A stretch of DNA of 64,000 bases from Escherichia phage NiC89, in sequence record LC620505.1; one strand, given 5' to 3'. The notes beneath the pieces are model-generated. The model did not search any database. It was not told the DNA's origin and saw only the letters and a program-made list of their open reading frames with translations. The position numbers were made by a program, and so were the translations under genes. Below, in pieces: positions 22,619 to 33,954 of the stretch (the first letter of the stretch is position 1; each line of letters starts with the position of its first letter).

Positions 22619-23272
22619 TCAATACTTACAAGATTTCACAGTTTCAATAAAAACTTTTTTAGCTTCCTGTGAATCGATATTTAAAATTTTTCTATAAGCT
22701 TTTAACTTTATAGAATAATTGTTCCAAACTAAATTATCAGTTTGTTCATCATGTTTATCGATTATATTTAAAAACGAATCAAGCAAGATAAACGTCTCAA
22801 ACGAAATTATATTCGATTGAAGTAGTTTAAAAATATAACTTGATTGAACTTTTGGATTATATTCAAAAATTTCTTTAAAAGCAGAAACTTCAACTTTTTT
22901 ACTAAAATAATAAATGTTGCGAATATCTTCTTCAAACTTAAATTTAATTTGCTTTAAGCGTCCGATATATTCACGATAAAACACAAGTGCATCAGCGTCA
23001 GAGATGTCACCAATCCAAGCATCTTGGTTAGCAACCAAATTACTTATAAAGATTAAAGCAAGTTCCTTTAATTTATATTTTTCTGATAACTTCTGAAAAA
23101 AATACTTATCCCTTCGCTTTTGATAAGCGGCATCAGACACCCGCATGCACCAATTATACTTAATAACATCATACTTTCCATTCATATGCTGTTTTATCAT
23201 TAAGTATAATTTATAAACTGATTTACCATCAATGTATCTTTCACCACCAGCAGGCATGCGGAGTTTAATCAT
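22619..23272 (-). CDS. 59: helicase loader gp59
   Basis: 217 aa, MIKLRMPAGGERYIDGKSVYKLY... matches T4 gp59. Confidence 0.92.
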   Translation of the reverse strand: MIKLRMPAGGERYIDGKSVYKLYLMIKQHMNGKYDVIKYNWCMRVSDAAYQKRRDKYFFQKLSEKYKLKELALIFISNLVANQDAWIGDISDADALVFYREYIGRLKQIKFKFEEDIRNIYYFSKKVEVSAFKEIFEYNPKVQSSYIFKLLQSNIISFETFILLDSFLNIIDKHDEQTDNLVWNNYSIKLKAYRKILNIDSQEAKKVFIETVKSCKY

Positions 23273-23607
23273 AGTAGAAAATCTAATGTATTAGTTTTTT
23301 CACAACGAACAACAGAAGGACGTAAAAGATTTTCGTCAATGGCTTCTGACTGAATTTTTTCAATTATACCCGAAGGAATAAATTTAGCAAATTGAGTTTC
23401 AGGAATAGAATTTTCTTCTAAGAATGCTGTTGTAGCTTCAAGATAACTCATTCCAAACTCTTCTACCATTTTTTCAATAATAAATCCATTTTCTTGGCGG
23501 TCAAGAAGCTTTGCAATTTCATCCTTTTCTTTCTTAATTGAAAGTTCTTTTTCTGAAAGCCCGGCCTCATCGACCGGGCGAATATCATTTAGAGAAAACT
23601 GTGTCAT
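23269..23607 (-). CDS. 33: late transcription co-activator gp33
   Basis: 112 aa from MTQFSLNDIRPVDEAG...; position between 59 and dsbA. Confidence 0.8.
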   Translation of the reverse strand: MTQFSLNDIRPVDEAGLSEKELSIKKEKDEIAKLLDRQENGFIIEKMVEEFGMSYLEATTAFLEENSIPETQFAKFIPSGIIEKIQSEAIDENLLRPSVVRCEKTNTLDFLL

Positions 23608-23854
23608 AAAGTTCAACTACCTCTTCAGTTTCAGCTTCAAACACATCACGATTATCTTTATGATACAAAGCTAATAGACGATTAAACATCTTGCCATCAA
23701 CACCAAGTTCATCTTTGGCACGAATTCGAATATCTTTAATCAATTCATTATAACCGGAAATTTTCAGTTTATGATCAGATGCTTCTTTAATAAATTTAGC
23801 CAAGTCTTCGCCGTGGATAGCTTCATCAAATTCAACCATTTCTTTTTTAGCCAT
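23585..23854 (-). CDS. dsbA: double-stranded DNA-binding protein DsbA
   Basis: 89 aa, MAKKEMVEFDEAIHGEDLAKFIKE... Confidence 0.85.
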   Translation of the reverse strand: MAKKEMVEFDEAIHGEDLAKFIKEASDHKLKISGYNELIKDIRIRAKDELGVDGKMFNRLLALYHKDNRDVFEAETEEVVELYDTVFSK

Positions 23855-23862
23855 TATTCACC

Positions 23863-24780
23863 TCAAAATTCATTAATGCTATTAGTTAATTTAGAAAGAC
23901 CCGCTTTTACAAAATATGAATAAATTTTGCCACGCGGTGGTAATTTATATGAATTATAGTAATTCACAATGTTTGAAGCAATATTATCAGGAATATAATC
24001 AAAATCAATTAGAACTAAATTTTCTTTATAACGATTATATTCAGATTCTGTGAGAAGCACCTTAGCTTGCTCACGGTCATTAGCAATAGCTTCAACGATT
24101 GAAGTTTTCATTGAAGGAGTTCGTTCACCTTCAACTTTGGTAAACCAAAAGTCAGATCGTACTTTAACTGAAGCAACGTTATCCTTTTTATCGCCTTTAA
24201 GGATTTTAGTCATACAGTCAATTTCAGCAGAACCGCTTTTAATTTTAACCCATTTCTTGTGCATCGGTGACCATTGCTTAACATTTGGATATTTGTGAAG
24301 TTGAGTAAAGTCACCATCAGATGAAATGATTAAAATCTTGTGTCCTTCTAAAGAGAACTTTTTAACAAGAACAGCAATGTGGTCATCTGCTTCATACTTA
24401 TCGATATCCATAACAATGTATGGCATATAAGCTTTCAATTCATCTATAACTTTATGACTGGATTCAAAATAACCTTCCCAGTCCCAAGTAGATTCTTCTC
24501 GTGCTTTTCCACGGTTTTTCTTATAATAATACGCGAAATCACGACGCCAATATCCAGATTTCGCATTATCAATACACAGTACAATTTTAGTGTATCCAAG
24601 AGTTTTTGCTTTTTTGACATTAAACTTAATTGAGTTCAATATCAAATGACGAACCATTGATAAATTAATTTTTTCTTTATCTGGAAAGTTTACCAAAGCA
24701 GTTGAAAGCGCAATTTGACTAAAGTCAATAAAGCAAATTCCTTCTTTGTAATCTTCATCCAGCATCATTTCTAAATCCAT
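23863..24780 (-). CDS. rnh: RNase H (5'-3' exonuclease, FEN family)
   Basis: MDLEMMLDEDYKEGIC... 305 aa from the ATG at 24780 (SD GAGG 5 nt upstream); near-identical to remembered T4 RNase H. Confidence 0.92.
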   Translation of the reverse strand: MDLEMMLDEDYKEGICFIDFSQIALSTALVNFPDKEKINLSMVRHLILNSIKFNVKKAKTLGYTKIVLCIDNAKSGYWRRDFAYYYKKNRGKAREESTWDWEGYFESSHKVIDELKAYMPYIVMDIDKYEADDHIAVLVKKFSLEGHKILIISSDGDFTQLHKYPNVKQWSPMHKKWVKIKSGSAEIDCMTKILKGDKKDNVASVKVRSDFWFTKVEGERTPSMKTSIVEAIANDREQAKVLLTESEYNRYKENLVLIDFDYIPDNIASNIVNYYNSYKLPPRGKIYSYFVKAGLSKLTNSINEF

Positions 24781-24807
24781 ATGAACCTCGTTCAATTAGT
24801 GAGATTT

Positions 24808-24839
24808 CTATTATATACCATCCAAATCTTAAAGTAAAC
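24808..24839 (-). promoter_or_regulatory. early-promoter-like element upstream of rnh, back-to-back with the gene 34 late promoter
   Basis: GTTTAC 24834-24839, spacer, TATATAAT. Confidence 0.5.
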
Positions 24840-24842
24840 AAG

Positions 24843-24850
24843 TATAAATA
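24843..24850 (+). promoter_or_regulatory. late promoter TATAAATA for gene 34
   Basis: Exact box 35 nt upstream of gene 34 ATG. Confidence 0.75.
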
Positions 24851-24884
24851 CTTATTATTGAAAACACAATAGGAGCCCGGGAGA

Positions 24885-27800
24885 ATGGCCGAGATTAAAA
24901 GAAAGTTCAGAGCAGAAGACGGTCTGGACGCAGGTGGTGATAAAATAATCAACGTAGCTTTAGCTGATCGTACCGTAGGAACTGACGGTGTAAACGTTGA
25001 TTACTTAATTCAAGAAAACACAGTTCAACAATATGATCCAACTCGTGGATATTTAAAAGATTTTGTAATCATTTATGATAACCGCTTTTGGGCTGCTATA
25101 AATGATATTCCAAAACCAGCAGGAGCTTTTAATAGCGTACGATGGAGAGCGTTACGCACTGATGCAAACTGGACAACTGTTTCGTCAGGACCCTATCAAT
25201 TAAAATCAGGCGAATCAATTTCAGTTAACACCGCAGCGGGTAATGACATTACATTTACTTTGCCATCTTCTCCAATTGATGGTGATACTATCGTTCTCCA
25301 AGATATTGGAGGAAAACCTGGAGTTAACCAGGTTTTAATTACAGCTCCGGTACAAAGCATTGTAAACTTTAGAGGTCAACAAGTACGCTCAGTACTAATG
25401 ACTCATCCAAAATCACAGATAGTTTTAATTTTTAGTAATCGTCTGTGGCAAATGTATGTTGCTGATTATAGCAGAGAAGCGGCAGTTGTAACACCGGCAA
25501 GTCTTTATCAAGCGCAATCAAACGATTTTATCGTGCGTAGATTTACTTCCGCTGCGCCGATTAATATTAAACTTCCAAGATTTGCTAATCATGGCGATAT
25601 TATTAATTTCGTTGATTTAGATAAATTAAATCCTCTTTATCACACAATTGTTACTACATATGATGAAACAACTTCAGTACAAGAAGTTGGAACTCATTCC
25701 ATTGAAGGTCGTACATCTATTGATGGTTTCTTGATGTTTGATGATAATGAGAAATTGTGGAGATTGTTTGACGGGGATAGTAAAGCACGTTTACGCATTA
25801 TAACAACTAATTCTAATATTCGTCCAAATGAAGAAGTTATGGTATTTGGTGCGAATAACGGAACAGCTCAGACAATTGAACTTCAGCTTCCGACTGATAT
25901 TTCTGTTGGTGATACTGTCAAAATTTCCATGAATTACATGAGAAAAGGACAAACAGTTAAAATCAAAGCTGCAGGTGAAGATAAAATTGCTTCTTCAGTT
26001 CAATTGTTGCAATTCCCAAAACGCTCAGAATATCCGCCTGAAGCTGAATGGGTAACAGTTCAAGAATTAGTTTTTAACGGTGAAACTAATTATGTTCCAG
26101 TTTTGGAGCTTGCTTATATAGAAGATTCTGATGGAAAATACTGGGTTGTACAACAAAACGTTCCAACTGTAGAAAGAGTAGATTCTTTAAATGATTCTAC
26201 TAGAGCAAGATTAGGCGTAATTGCTTTAGCTACACAAGCTCAAGCTAATGCTGATTTAGAAAATTCTCCGCAAAAAGAATTGGCAATTACTCCAGAAACG
26301 TTAGCTAATCGTACTGCTACAGAAACTCGTAGAGGTATCGCAAGAATAGCAACTACTGCTCAAGTTAACCAGGATACTACATTCTCTTTTGCAGATGACC
26401 TTATCATCACTCCTAAAAAGTTGAATGAAAGAACAGCTACTGAAACTCGCAGAGGTGTTGCTGAAATTGCTACGCAGCAAGAAACTAATGCAGGAACCGA
26501 TGATACTACAATCATTACTCCTAAAAAGCTTCAAGCTCGTCAAGGTTCTGAATCATTATCTGGTATTGTAACCTTTGTATCTACTGCAGGAGCTACTCCA
26601 GCTTCTAGCCGTGAATTAAATGGTACGAATGTTTATAATAAAAACACTAATAATTTAGTTGTTTCACCTAAAGCTTTGGATCAGTATAAAGCTACTCCAA
26701 CACAGCAAGGTGCAGTAATTTTAGCAGTTGAAAGTGAAGTAATTGCTGGTCAAAGTCAAGAAGGATGGGCAAATGCTGTTGTAACTCCAGAAACGTTACA
26801 CAAAAAGACATCAACTGATGGAAGAATTGGATTAATTGAAATTGCTACGCAAAGTGAAGTTAATACAGGAACTGATTATACTCGTGCAGTCACTCCTAAA
26901 ACTTTAAATGACCGTAGAGCAACTGAAAGTTTAAGTGGTATAGCTGAAATTGCTACACAAGTTGAATTCGACGCGGGCGTCGACGATACTCGTATCTCTA
27001 CACCATTAAAAATTAAAACCAGATTTAATAGTACTGATCGTACTTCTGTTGTTGCTCTATCTGGATTAGTTGAATCAGGAACTCTCTGGGACCATTATAC
27101 CCTTAATATTCTTGAAGCAAATGAGACACAACGTGGTACACTTCGTGTGGCTACACAAGTTGAAGCTGCTGCTGGAAAATTAGATAATGTTTTAATAACT
27201 CCTAAAAAGCTTTTAGGTACTAAATCTACTGAAGCACAAGAAGGTGTTATTAAAGTTGCAACACAAACCGAAACTGTTGCTGGTACATCATCTAATACTG
27301 CTGTATCTCCAAAGAATTTAAAATGGATCGCGCAGAGTGAACCTACTTGGGCAGCTACTACTACAGTAAGAGGCTTTGTTAAAACTTCATCTGGTTCAAT
27401 TACATTCGTTGGTAATGATACAGCCGGTTCTACTCAGGACTTAGAGCTATACGAGAAAAATAGCTATGCAGTATCACCATACGAATTAAACCGTGTATTA
27501 GCAAATTATTTGCCATTAAAAGCAAAAGCTGCAGATAGTAATTTATTGGATGGTCTAGATTCATCTCAGTTCATTCGTAGGGATATTGCGCAGACGGTTA
27601 ATGGTTCACTAACCTTAACACAACAAACGAATCTGAGTGCCCCTCTTGTATCATCTAGTACTGCTACGTTTGGTGGATCAGTTTCGGCAAATAGTACACT
27701 AACTATTTCTAATACTGATGGAACAGCAACTCGTCTGATTTTTGAGAAAGGACCTCAAACTGGAACGAACCCGGCTCAAACGATGACAGTCAGCGTGTGG

Positions 27801-28757
27801 GGGAATCAATTTAGTGGGGAATCAAACACAACACGTTCTACCGTATTTGAAGTTAGTGATGAAACATCTTATCACTTTTATTCTCAACGCGATAAAGATG
27901 GTAATATAGCATTTAGCATTAATGGTACTGTAATGCCAATAAATGTGAATGCTTTAGGAACATTGAATGCAAATGGTGTAGCAACATTTGGTAATTCAGT
28001 CACTGCAAGTGGTGAAATTATTTCTCGAAGCGCAAATGCTTTCCGTGCTATTAACGGAAATTATGGTTTTATTGTTCGCAATGACGGGTCAGTAACGAAT
28101 TTTATGCTTACTGCATCGGGCGATCAGACTGGTGGATTTAATGGATTACGTCCATTAACTATTAATAATGCATCTGGTCAAGTAACGATTGGTGAAAGCT
28201 TAATCATTGCCAAAGGTGCTACTATAAATTCAGGTGGTTTAACTGTTAACTCGAGAATTCGTTCTCAAGGTGTTAAAACATCTGATTTATATACCCGTGC
28301 GCCGACATCTGATACTGTAGGATTCTGGTCAATCGATATTAATGATTCAGCCACTTATAACCAGTTCCCGGGTTATTTTAAAATGGTTGAAAAAACTAAT
28401 GAAGTTACTGGACTTCCATACTTAGAACGTGGCGAAGAAGTTAAATCTCCTGGTACATTGACTCAGTTTGGTAACACACTCGATTCGCTTTACCAAGATT
28501 GGATTACTTATCCAACGACCCCAGAAGCACGTACCACTCGCTGGACGCGTACATGGCAGAAAACCAAAAACTCTTGGTCAAGTTTTGTTCAGGTATTTGA
28601 TGGAGGTAACCCTCCACAACCATCTGATATCGGTGCTTTACCATCTGATAATGCTATAATGGGGAATCTTACTATTCGTGATTTCTTACGAATTGGTAAT
28701 GTTCGCATTATTCCTGACCCAGTGAATAAAACGGTTAAATTTGAATGGGTTGAATAA
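24885..28757 (+). CDS. 34: long tail fibre proximal subunit gp34
   Basis: 1290 aa, MAEIKRKFRAEDGLDAGGDKIINVALADRTVGTDGVNVDYLIQ...; late promoter upstream. Confidence 0.95.
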   Translation: MAEIKRKFRAEDGLDAGGDKIINVALADRTVGTDGVNVDYLIQENTVQQYDPTRGYLKDFVIIYDNRFWAAINDIPKPAGAFNSVRWRALRTDANWTTVSSGPYQLKSGESISVNTAAGNDITFTLPSSPIDGDTIVLQDIGGKPGVNQVLITAPVQSIVNFRGQQVRSVLMTHPKSQIVLIFSNRLWQMYVADYSREAAVVTPASLYQAQSNDFIVRRFTSAAPINIKLPRFANHGDIINFVDLDKLNPLYHTIVTTYDETTSVQEVGTHSIEGRTSIDGFLMFDDNEKLWRLFDGDSKARLRIITTNSNIRPNEEVMVFGANNGTAQTIELQLPTDISVGDTVKISMNYMRKGQTVKIKAAGEDKIASSVQLLQFPKRSEYPPEAEWVTVQELVFNGETNYVPVLELAYIEDSDGKYWVVQQNVPTVERVDSLNDSTRARLGVIALATQAQANADLENSPQKELAITPETLANRTATETRRGIARIATTAQVNQDTTFSFADDLIITPKKLNERTATETRRGVAEIATQQETNAGTDDTTIITPKKLQARQGSESLSGIVTFVSTAGATPASSRELNGTNVYNKNTNNLVVSPKALDQYKATPTQQGAVILAVESEVIAGQSQEGWANAVVTPETLHKKTSTDGRIGLIEIATQSEVNTGTDYTRAVTPKTLNDRRATESLSGIAEIATQVEFDAGVDDTRISTPLKIKTRFNSTDRTSVVALSGLVESGTLWDHYTLNILEANETQRGTLRVATQVEAAAGKLDNVLITPKKLLGTKSTEAQEGVIKVATQTETVAGTSSNTAVSPKNLKWIAQSEPTWAATTTVRGFVKTSSGSITFVGNDTAGSTQDLELYEKNSYAVSPYELNRVLANYLPLKAKAADSNLLDGLDSSQFIRRDIAQTVNGSLTLTQQTNLSAPLVSSSTATFGGSVSANSTLTISNTDGTATRLIFEKGPQTGTNPAQTMTVSVWGNQFSGESNTTRSTVFEVSDETSYHFYSQRDKDGNIAFSINGTVMPINVNALGTLNANGVATFGNSVTASGEIISRSANAFRAINGNYGFIVRNDGSVTNFMLTASGDQTGGFNGLRPLTINNASGQVTIGESLIIAKGATINSGGLTVNSRIRSQGVKTSDLYTRAPTSDTVGFWSIDINDSATYNQFPGYFKMVEKTNEVTGLPYLERGEEVKSPGTLTQFGNTLDSLYQDWITYPTTPEARTTRWTRTWQKTKNSWSSFVQVFDGGNPPQPSDIGALPSDNAIMGNLTIRDFLRIGNVRIIPDPVNKTVKFEWVE

Positions 28758-28765
28758 GAGGTATT

Positions 28766-29881
28766 ATGGAAAAATTTATGGCAGAGTTTGGACAAGGATA
28801 TGTCCAAACGCCATTTTTATCGGAAAGCAATTCAGTAAGATATAAAATAAGTATAGCGGGTTCTTGCCCGCTTTCTACTGCAGGACCATACGTTAAATTT
28901 CAGGATAATCCTATAGGAAGTCAAACATTTAGCGCAGGCCTTCATTTAAGAGTTTTTGACCCTTCTACAGGAGCATTAGTTGATAGTAAGTCATATGCTT
29001 TTTCGGCTTCAAATGATACTACATCAGCTGCCTTTGTTAGTTTCATGAATTCTTTTTCAAGTAATAGACTTGTTGCTATATTAACTAGCGGAAAGGTTAA
29101 TTTTCCTCCTGAAGTAGTATCTTGGCTAAGAACCGCAGGAACGTCTGCTTTTCCATCTGATTCTATATTGTCAAGATTTGACGTATCATATGCTGCTTTT
29201 TATACTTCTTCTAAAAGAGCTATTGCATTAGAACATGTTAAACTAAGTAATAGAAAAAGCACAGATGACTATCAAACTATTTTAGATGTTGTATTTGACA
29301 GTTTAGAAGACGTTGGAGCTACGGGATTTCCTAAAAGAACATATGAAAGCGTTGAGCAATTTATGTCAGCGGTTGGTGGAACTAATAACGAAATTGCACG
29401 TTTACCAACTTCATCCGCGATAAGTAAATTATCTGATTATAATTTAATTCCTGGCGATGTTCTTTATCTTAAAGCGCAGCTATATGCTGATGCCGATTTA
29501 CTTGCGCTTGGAACTACAAATATATCTATCCGTTTTTATGATGAATCGAATGGATATATTTCTTCAACACCTGCTGAGTTTACTGGACAAGCTGAGTCAT
29601 GGGAATTAAAGGAAGACTATGTAGTTGTTCCTGAAAATGCAGTAGGATTTACGATATATGCACAAAGAACTGCACAAGCAGGTCAAGGTGGCATGAGGAA
29701 TTTAAGTTTTTCTGAAGTATCAAGAAATGGCGGAATTTCAAAACCTGCAGAATTTGGCGTCAATGGTATTCGAGTTAATTATGTCTGTGAATCTGCTTCA
29801 CCTCCAGATATAATGGTACTTCCTACACAAGCATCGTCTAAAACTGGTAAAGTGTTTGGACAAGAATTTAGAGAAGTTTAA
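28766..29881 (+). CDS. 35: long tail fibre hinge connector gp35
   Basis: 371 aa; position and size match T4 gp35. Confidence 0.85.
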   Translation: MEKFMAEFGQGYVQTPFLSESNSVRYKISIAGSCPLSTAGPYVKFQDNPIGSQTFSAGLHLRVFDPSTGALVDSKSYAFSASNDTTSAAFVSFMNSFSSNRLVAILTSGKVNFPPEVVSWLRTAGTSAFPSDSILSRFDVSYAAFYTSSKRAIALEHVKLSNRKSTDDYQTILDVVFDSLEDVGATGFPKRTYESVEQFMSAVGGTNNEIARLPTSSAISKLSDYNLIPGDVLYLKAQLYADADLLALGTTNISIRFYDESNGYISSTPAEFTGQAESWELKEDYVVVPENAVGFTIYAQRTAQAGQGGMRNLSFSEVSRNGGISKPAEFGVNGIRVNYVCESASPPDIMVLPTQASSKTGKVFGQEFREV

Positions 29882-29886
29882 ATTGA

Positions 29887-29909
29887 GGGAGCCTTCGGGT
29901 TCCCTTTTT
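29887..29909 (+). terminator. rho-independent terminator after gene 35
   Basis: GGGAGCC-UUCG-GGUUCCC hairpin followed by U5, immediately before the gene 36 late promoter. Confidence 0.65.
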
Positions 29910-29912
29910 CTT

Positions 29913-29920
29913 TATAAATA
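29913..29920 (+). promoter_or_regulatory. late promoter TATAAATA for gene 36
   Basis: Exact box 24 nt upstream of gene 36 ATG. Confidence 0.7.
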
Positions 29921-29943
29921 CTATTAAAATAAAGGGGCATACA

Positions 29944-30600
29944 ATGGCTGATTTAAAAGTAGGTTCAACAACCGGAGGCTCTGTCATTTGGCATCAAGGA
30001 AATTTTCCATTGAATCCAGCCGGTGACGATGTACTCTATAAATCATTTAAAATATATTCAGAATATAACAAACCGCAGGCTGCTGATAACGATTTTGTTT
30101 CTAAAGCTAATGGTGGTACTTATTTAAATAAAGTAATTTTTAATAAAGGAATGACTGTTCCTGGCGCAGGGTCAGGCGATAATGGTATTTTTGCTGGTCC
30201 TGGTGATAGTGCCACGTATGATACTACAAATATGGATATTGTTTCGTGGTATGGTATTGGTTTTAAATCATCACAAGGAACAGCAGGTAGAACTGTAGTA
30301 ATTAACACACGAAATGGAGATATTAGCTCAAAGGGCGTAATTGAAGCATCACAAATCCGTGTAACTTCGTTATCACCAGTAAATAATTATGACCTTACGA
30401 GAAAAGATTATGTTGATGGGGCAATAAATATTGTTACAACAAATGCAAACTCTAGAGTATTACGCTCTGGAGACACTATGACAGGAAATTTAACTGCGCC
30501 AAACCTTTTTTCACAGAATCCTGCATCTCAACCCTCGCATGTTCCACGATTTGATCAAATTGTTATTAAGGATTCTGTTCAAGATTTCGGCTATTATTAA
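29944..30600 (+). CDS. 36: long tail fibre distal connector gp36
   Basis: 218 aa; late promoter and terminator upstream. Confidence 0.85.
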   Translation: MADLKVGSTTGGSVIWHQGNFPLNPAGDDVLYKSFKIYSEYNKPQAADNDFVSKANGGTYLNKVIFNKGMTVPGAGSGDNGIFAGPGDSATYDTTNMDIVSWYGIGFKSSQGTAGRTVVINTRNGDISSKGVIEASQIRVTSLSPVNNYDLTRKDYVDGAINIVTTNANSRVLRSGDTMTGNLTAPNLFSQNPASQPSHVPRFDQIVIKDSVQDFGYY

Positions 30601-30608
30601 GAGGACTT

Positions 30609-33600
30609 ATGGCTACTTTAAAACAAATACAATTTAAAAGAAGCAAAACTGCAGGAGCACGTCCTGCCGCTTCAGTATTAGCCGAAGGTGAATTGGCTAT
30701 AAACTTAAAAGACCGTGTACTTTTTACTAAAGATGACCAAGGAAATATTATTGATCTGGGTTTTGCTAAAGGCGGTAGTATTGACGGGAATGTTATTCAT
30801 ACAGGCAATTATAACCAAACTGGTGATTATACTTTAAATGGCGTCTTCACCCAGACTGGTAATTTTAATTTAACTGGTATTGCTCGAGTAACTCGTGATA
30901 TTATTGCAGCTGGGCAGATTATGACTGAAGGCGGAGAACTTATTACAAAAAGTTCAGGTACATCACATGTTCGTTTTCATGATTCGGCTGATCGTGAACG
31001 TGGCATTATTTATGCACCGGCTAATGATGGATTAACTACGCAAGTAGTTAATATCCGCGTTAAAGACTACGCCGCCGGTGATGAAAGCACCTATGCATTT
31101 TCGGGCAGTGGACTATTTACTTCACCTGAAGTGTCAGCATGGAAATCTATGTCAACTCCTCAGATTTTGACAAATAGAGTTATTACTAATAATAAATCTA
31201 CGAGCGATTATGACATTTATTCTATGGCAGACAACGTTCCATTGTCTGAAAGCACTACTGCTATTAATCATCTCCGTGTTATGCGCAATGCTGTAGGCGC
31301 TGGTGTATTCCATGAAGTTAAAGATAATGATGGAATAACTTGGTATACTGGAGATGGCTTAGACACTTATCTTTGGTCGTTTACCTGGTCCGGTGGATTG
31401 AAAGCAGGCCATTCTATTTCTGTTGGTACTCCTGGTGGCAATAAAGGATACTCTGAATTAGGGACTGCTTCAATTTCTCTTGGCGATAATGATACCGGGC
31501 TAAAATGGCATCAGGACGGATATTTCTATACAGTAAACAACGGAACAAGAACTTTCATCTATGGTCCAGGAGAAACGCAAAGCCTTAGAAAAATGGTTAT
31601 GGCTTATTCTCCAGATGGGCTTCTTATGACAACGCCACCGACAGAAAACTATGCTTTGGCCACTGTTGTTACTTACCATGATAATAACGCATACGGCGAC
31701 GGTCAAACTCTTTTAGGATATTATCAAGGTGGTAATTATCATCATTATTTCCGCGGCAAGGGTACCACAAACATTAATACTCATGGCGGTTTGTTAGTTA
31801 CTCCAGGTAATATTGATGTTATTGGCGGTTCTGTTAATATAGATGGTAGAAATAATTCTTCTACACTGATGTTTAGAGGTAACACAACTGGTAGTAGTTC
31901 AGTTGATAATATGACAATTTCCGTTTGGGGCAATACGTTTACTAATCCTAGTGTAGGTAATCGTAAAAACGTCATGGAAATTTCTGATGCAACTAGCTGG
32001 ATGAGTTATATTCAAAGACTTACAACAGGTGAAGTAGAAATGAACGTTAACGGTTCATTTGAATCATCTGGTGTTACTGCTGGAAATAGAGGAGTTCACA
32101 CAACGGGCGAAATTTCATCTGGGGCTGTGAATGCGCTTCGTATTTGGAATGCAGATTATGGAGCTATTTTTAGACGTTCAGAAGGTAGTCTTCATATTAT
32201 TCCAACTGCTTACGGTGAAGGTAAACACGGCGATATAGGTCCACTTCGCCCGTTTAGTATGGCTTTAGATACCGGTAAAGTTACTATTCCAGATTTACAA
32301 TCAAGTTACAATACGTTTGCTGCTAACGGTTATATTAAATTTGTTGGTCATGGAGCGGGTGCTGGCGGTTATGACATTCAATATGCTCAAGCGGCTCCTA
32401 TTTTCCAGGAAATTGATGATGATGCTGTAAGCAAATATTATCCTATTGTTAAACAGAAGTTTCTAAACGGTAAATCCGTTTGGTCTTTAGGTACTGAAAT
32501 TAATTCAGGTACATTCGTTATTCATCATCTGAAAGAAGATGGTTCACAAGGCCATACGTCTCGTTTTAATCAAGACGGTACTGTTAACTTCCCAGATAAC
32601 GTTCAGGTCGGCGGCGGTGAAGCTACTATTGCTCGCAATGGTAATATCTGGTCTGATATCTGGAAAACGTTTACTTCTGCCGGTGATACTACAAATATTC
32701 GCGATGCTATTGCGACTCGTGTTTCGAAAGAAGGCGACACGATGACCGGCAAGTTGATTATTAGAAGAGATTCTGACGCTATTAACTTAGCTGCGCCTTC
32801 AGCAACTGATGCAAGTTACCTTCTTTCTACTGGCGGTGGAGAAAATCAATGGTATATTGGTAAAGGCGGCGCTGATAATACCGTATCATTCTACAACTAT
32901 AAAACCAATGGGGCTGTGCAAATTAACTCTATTGGTGAAATCGCGCTGATTCCACAAGGTGCTGCAACATTTAACTTTAACCGCGATCGCCTTCATATAA
33001 ACGGTACACAATGGACCGCACACCAGGCCGGCGATTGGGGAAATCAATGGCGCCAGGAAGCTCCTATATTTGTGGATTTTGGTAGTGTCGGCAATGACTG
33101 CTATTATCCTATTATTAAAGGAAAATCTGTTATTACGAATGAAGGATACACATCTGGTGTTGATTTTGGTATGCGACGCATTACTAATAACTGGGCGCAA
33201 GGTATTATTCGTGTAGGTAACCAGGAAAATGGTTCTGATCCGCAAGCTGTCTTCGAATTCCACCATAATGGAAACATGTACGTTCCTGACATGGTTAATG
33301 CTGGAGTAAGATTATCGGCTGGCGGTGGTGACCCGGTGTGGACAGGCGCATGTGTTGTTATTGGTGATAATGATACTGGATTAGTTCATGGTGGTGATGG
33401 GCGAATTAACATGGTTGCAAATGGAGTGCATATTGCTTCATGGTCGTCCGCTTACTATCTCCATGAAGGTCTTTGGGATACCACCGGTGCTTTGTGGACT
33501 GAACAAGGAAGAGCTATTATTTCTTTTGGTCATTTAGTCCAACAAAGCGATGCCTATTCCACATTTGTCCGCGATGTTTATGTCCGTTCTGATATTCGTG

Positions 33601-33923
33601 TTAAAAAAGACCTTGTTAAATTTGAAAATGCTTCTGAGAAGCTTTCTAAAATTAACGGTTACACTTATATGCAGAAGCGAGGCCTAGATGAAGAAGGTAA
33701 TCAGAAATGGGAACCTAACGCCGGTTTGATAGCTCAAGAAGTTCAAGCTATTTTGCCTGAATTAGTTGAAGGTGACCCTGATGGCGAAGCTTTACTTCGT
33801 TTGAACTATAACGGTGTAATTGGTTTAAATACAGCTGCAATCAATGAGCATACTGCAGAAATTGCGGAACTTAAATCAGAAATTGAAGAACTTAAAGCAT
33901 TAGTTAAATCATTGTTAAAATAA
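30609..33923 (+). CDS. 37: long tail fibre distal subunit gp37 with C-terminal intramolecular chaperone domain
   Basis: 1104 aa; C-terminus carries SDIRVKKD...[15 protein letters not shown], an S74-type auto-cleaving chaperone signature. Confidence 0.9.
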   Translation: MATLKQIQFKRSKTAGARPAASVLAEGELAINLKDRVLFTKDDQGNIIDLGFAKGGSIDGNVIHTGNYNQTGDYTLNGVFTQTGNFNLTGIARVTRDIIAAGQIMTEGGELITKSSGTSHVRFHDSADRERGIIYAPANDGLTTQVVNIRVKDYAAGDESTYAFSGSGLFTSPEVSAWKSMSTPQILTNRVITNNKSTSDYDIYSMADNVPLSESTTAINHLRVMRNAVGAGVFHEVKDNDGITWYTGDGLDTYLWSFTWSGGLKAGHSISVGTPGGNKGYSELGTASISLGDNDTGLKWHQDGYFYTVNNGTRTFIYGPGETQSLRKMVMAYSPDGLLMTTPPTENYALATVVTYHDNNAYGDGQTLLGYYQGGNYHHYFRGKGTTNINTHGGLLVTPGNIDVIGGSVNIDGRNNSSTLMFRGNTTGSSSVDNMTISVWGNTFTNPSVGNRKNVMEISDATSWMSYIQRLTTGEVEMNVNGSFESSGVTAGNRGVHTTGEISSGAVNALRIWNADYGAIFRRSEGSLHIIPTAYGEGKHGDIGPLRPFSMALDTGKVTIPDLQSSYNTFAANGYIKFVGHGAGAGGYDIQYAQAAPIFQEIDDDAVSKYYPIVKQKFLNGKSVWSLGTEINSGTFVIHHLKEDGSQGHTSRFNQDGTVNFPDNVQVGGGEATIARNGNIWSDIWKTFTSAGDTTNIRDAIATRVSKEGDTMTGKLIIRRDSDAINLAAPSATDASYLLSTGGGENQWYIGKGGADNTVSFYNYKTNGAVQINSIGEIALIPQGAATFNFNRDRLHINGTQWTAHQAGDWGNQWRQEAPIFVDFGSVGNDCYYPIIKGKSVITNEGYTSGVDFGMRRITNNWAQGIIRVGNQENGSDPQAVFEFHHNGNMYVPDMVNAGVRLSAGGGDPVWTGACVVIGDNDTGLVHGGDGRINMVANGVHIASWSSAYYLHEGLWDTTGALWTEQGRAIISFGHLVQQSDAYSTFVRDVYVRSDIRVKKDLVKFENASEKLSKINGYTYMQKRGLDEEGNQKWEPNAGLIAQEVQAILPELVEGDPDGEALLRLNYNGVIGLNTAAINEHTAEIAELKSEIEELKALVKSLLK
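33588..33920 (+). other. gp37 C-terminal intramolecular chaperone (S74-like) domain, predicted cleavage before Ser of SDIRVKK
   Basis: Motif SD.R.K followed by a coiled-coil tail, as in T5 pb1 and endosialidase tail-spike chaperone domains. Confidence 0.6.
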
Positions 33924-33928
33924 TAAGA

Positions 33929-33942
33929 GGGGCTTCGGCCCC
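33929..33942 (+). promoter_or_regulatory. UUCG-tetraloop hairpin between genes 37 and 38
   Basis: GGGGC-UUCG-GCCCC directly before the gene 38 SD. Confidence 0.45.
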
Positions 33943-33954
33943 TTGGAGGTTTAT

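Noticed and set aside
26301-26543. Minus-strand 80-aa ORF inside gene 34
   Set aside because: Ser/Cys-rich antisense frame of the repetitive tail-fibre coding sequence.
31500-33292. Five short ORFs inside gene 37 (31500..31706, 31781..31975, 32539..32745, 32886..33266, 33104..33292)
   Set aside because: Alternative or antisense frames of the 1104-aa tail-fibre gene; no start signals.
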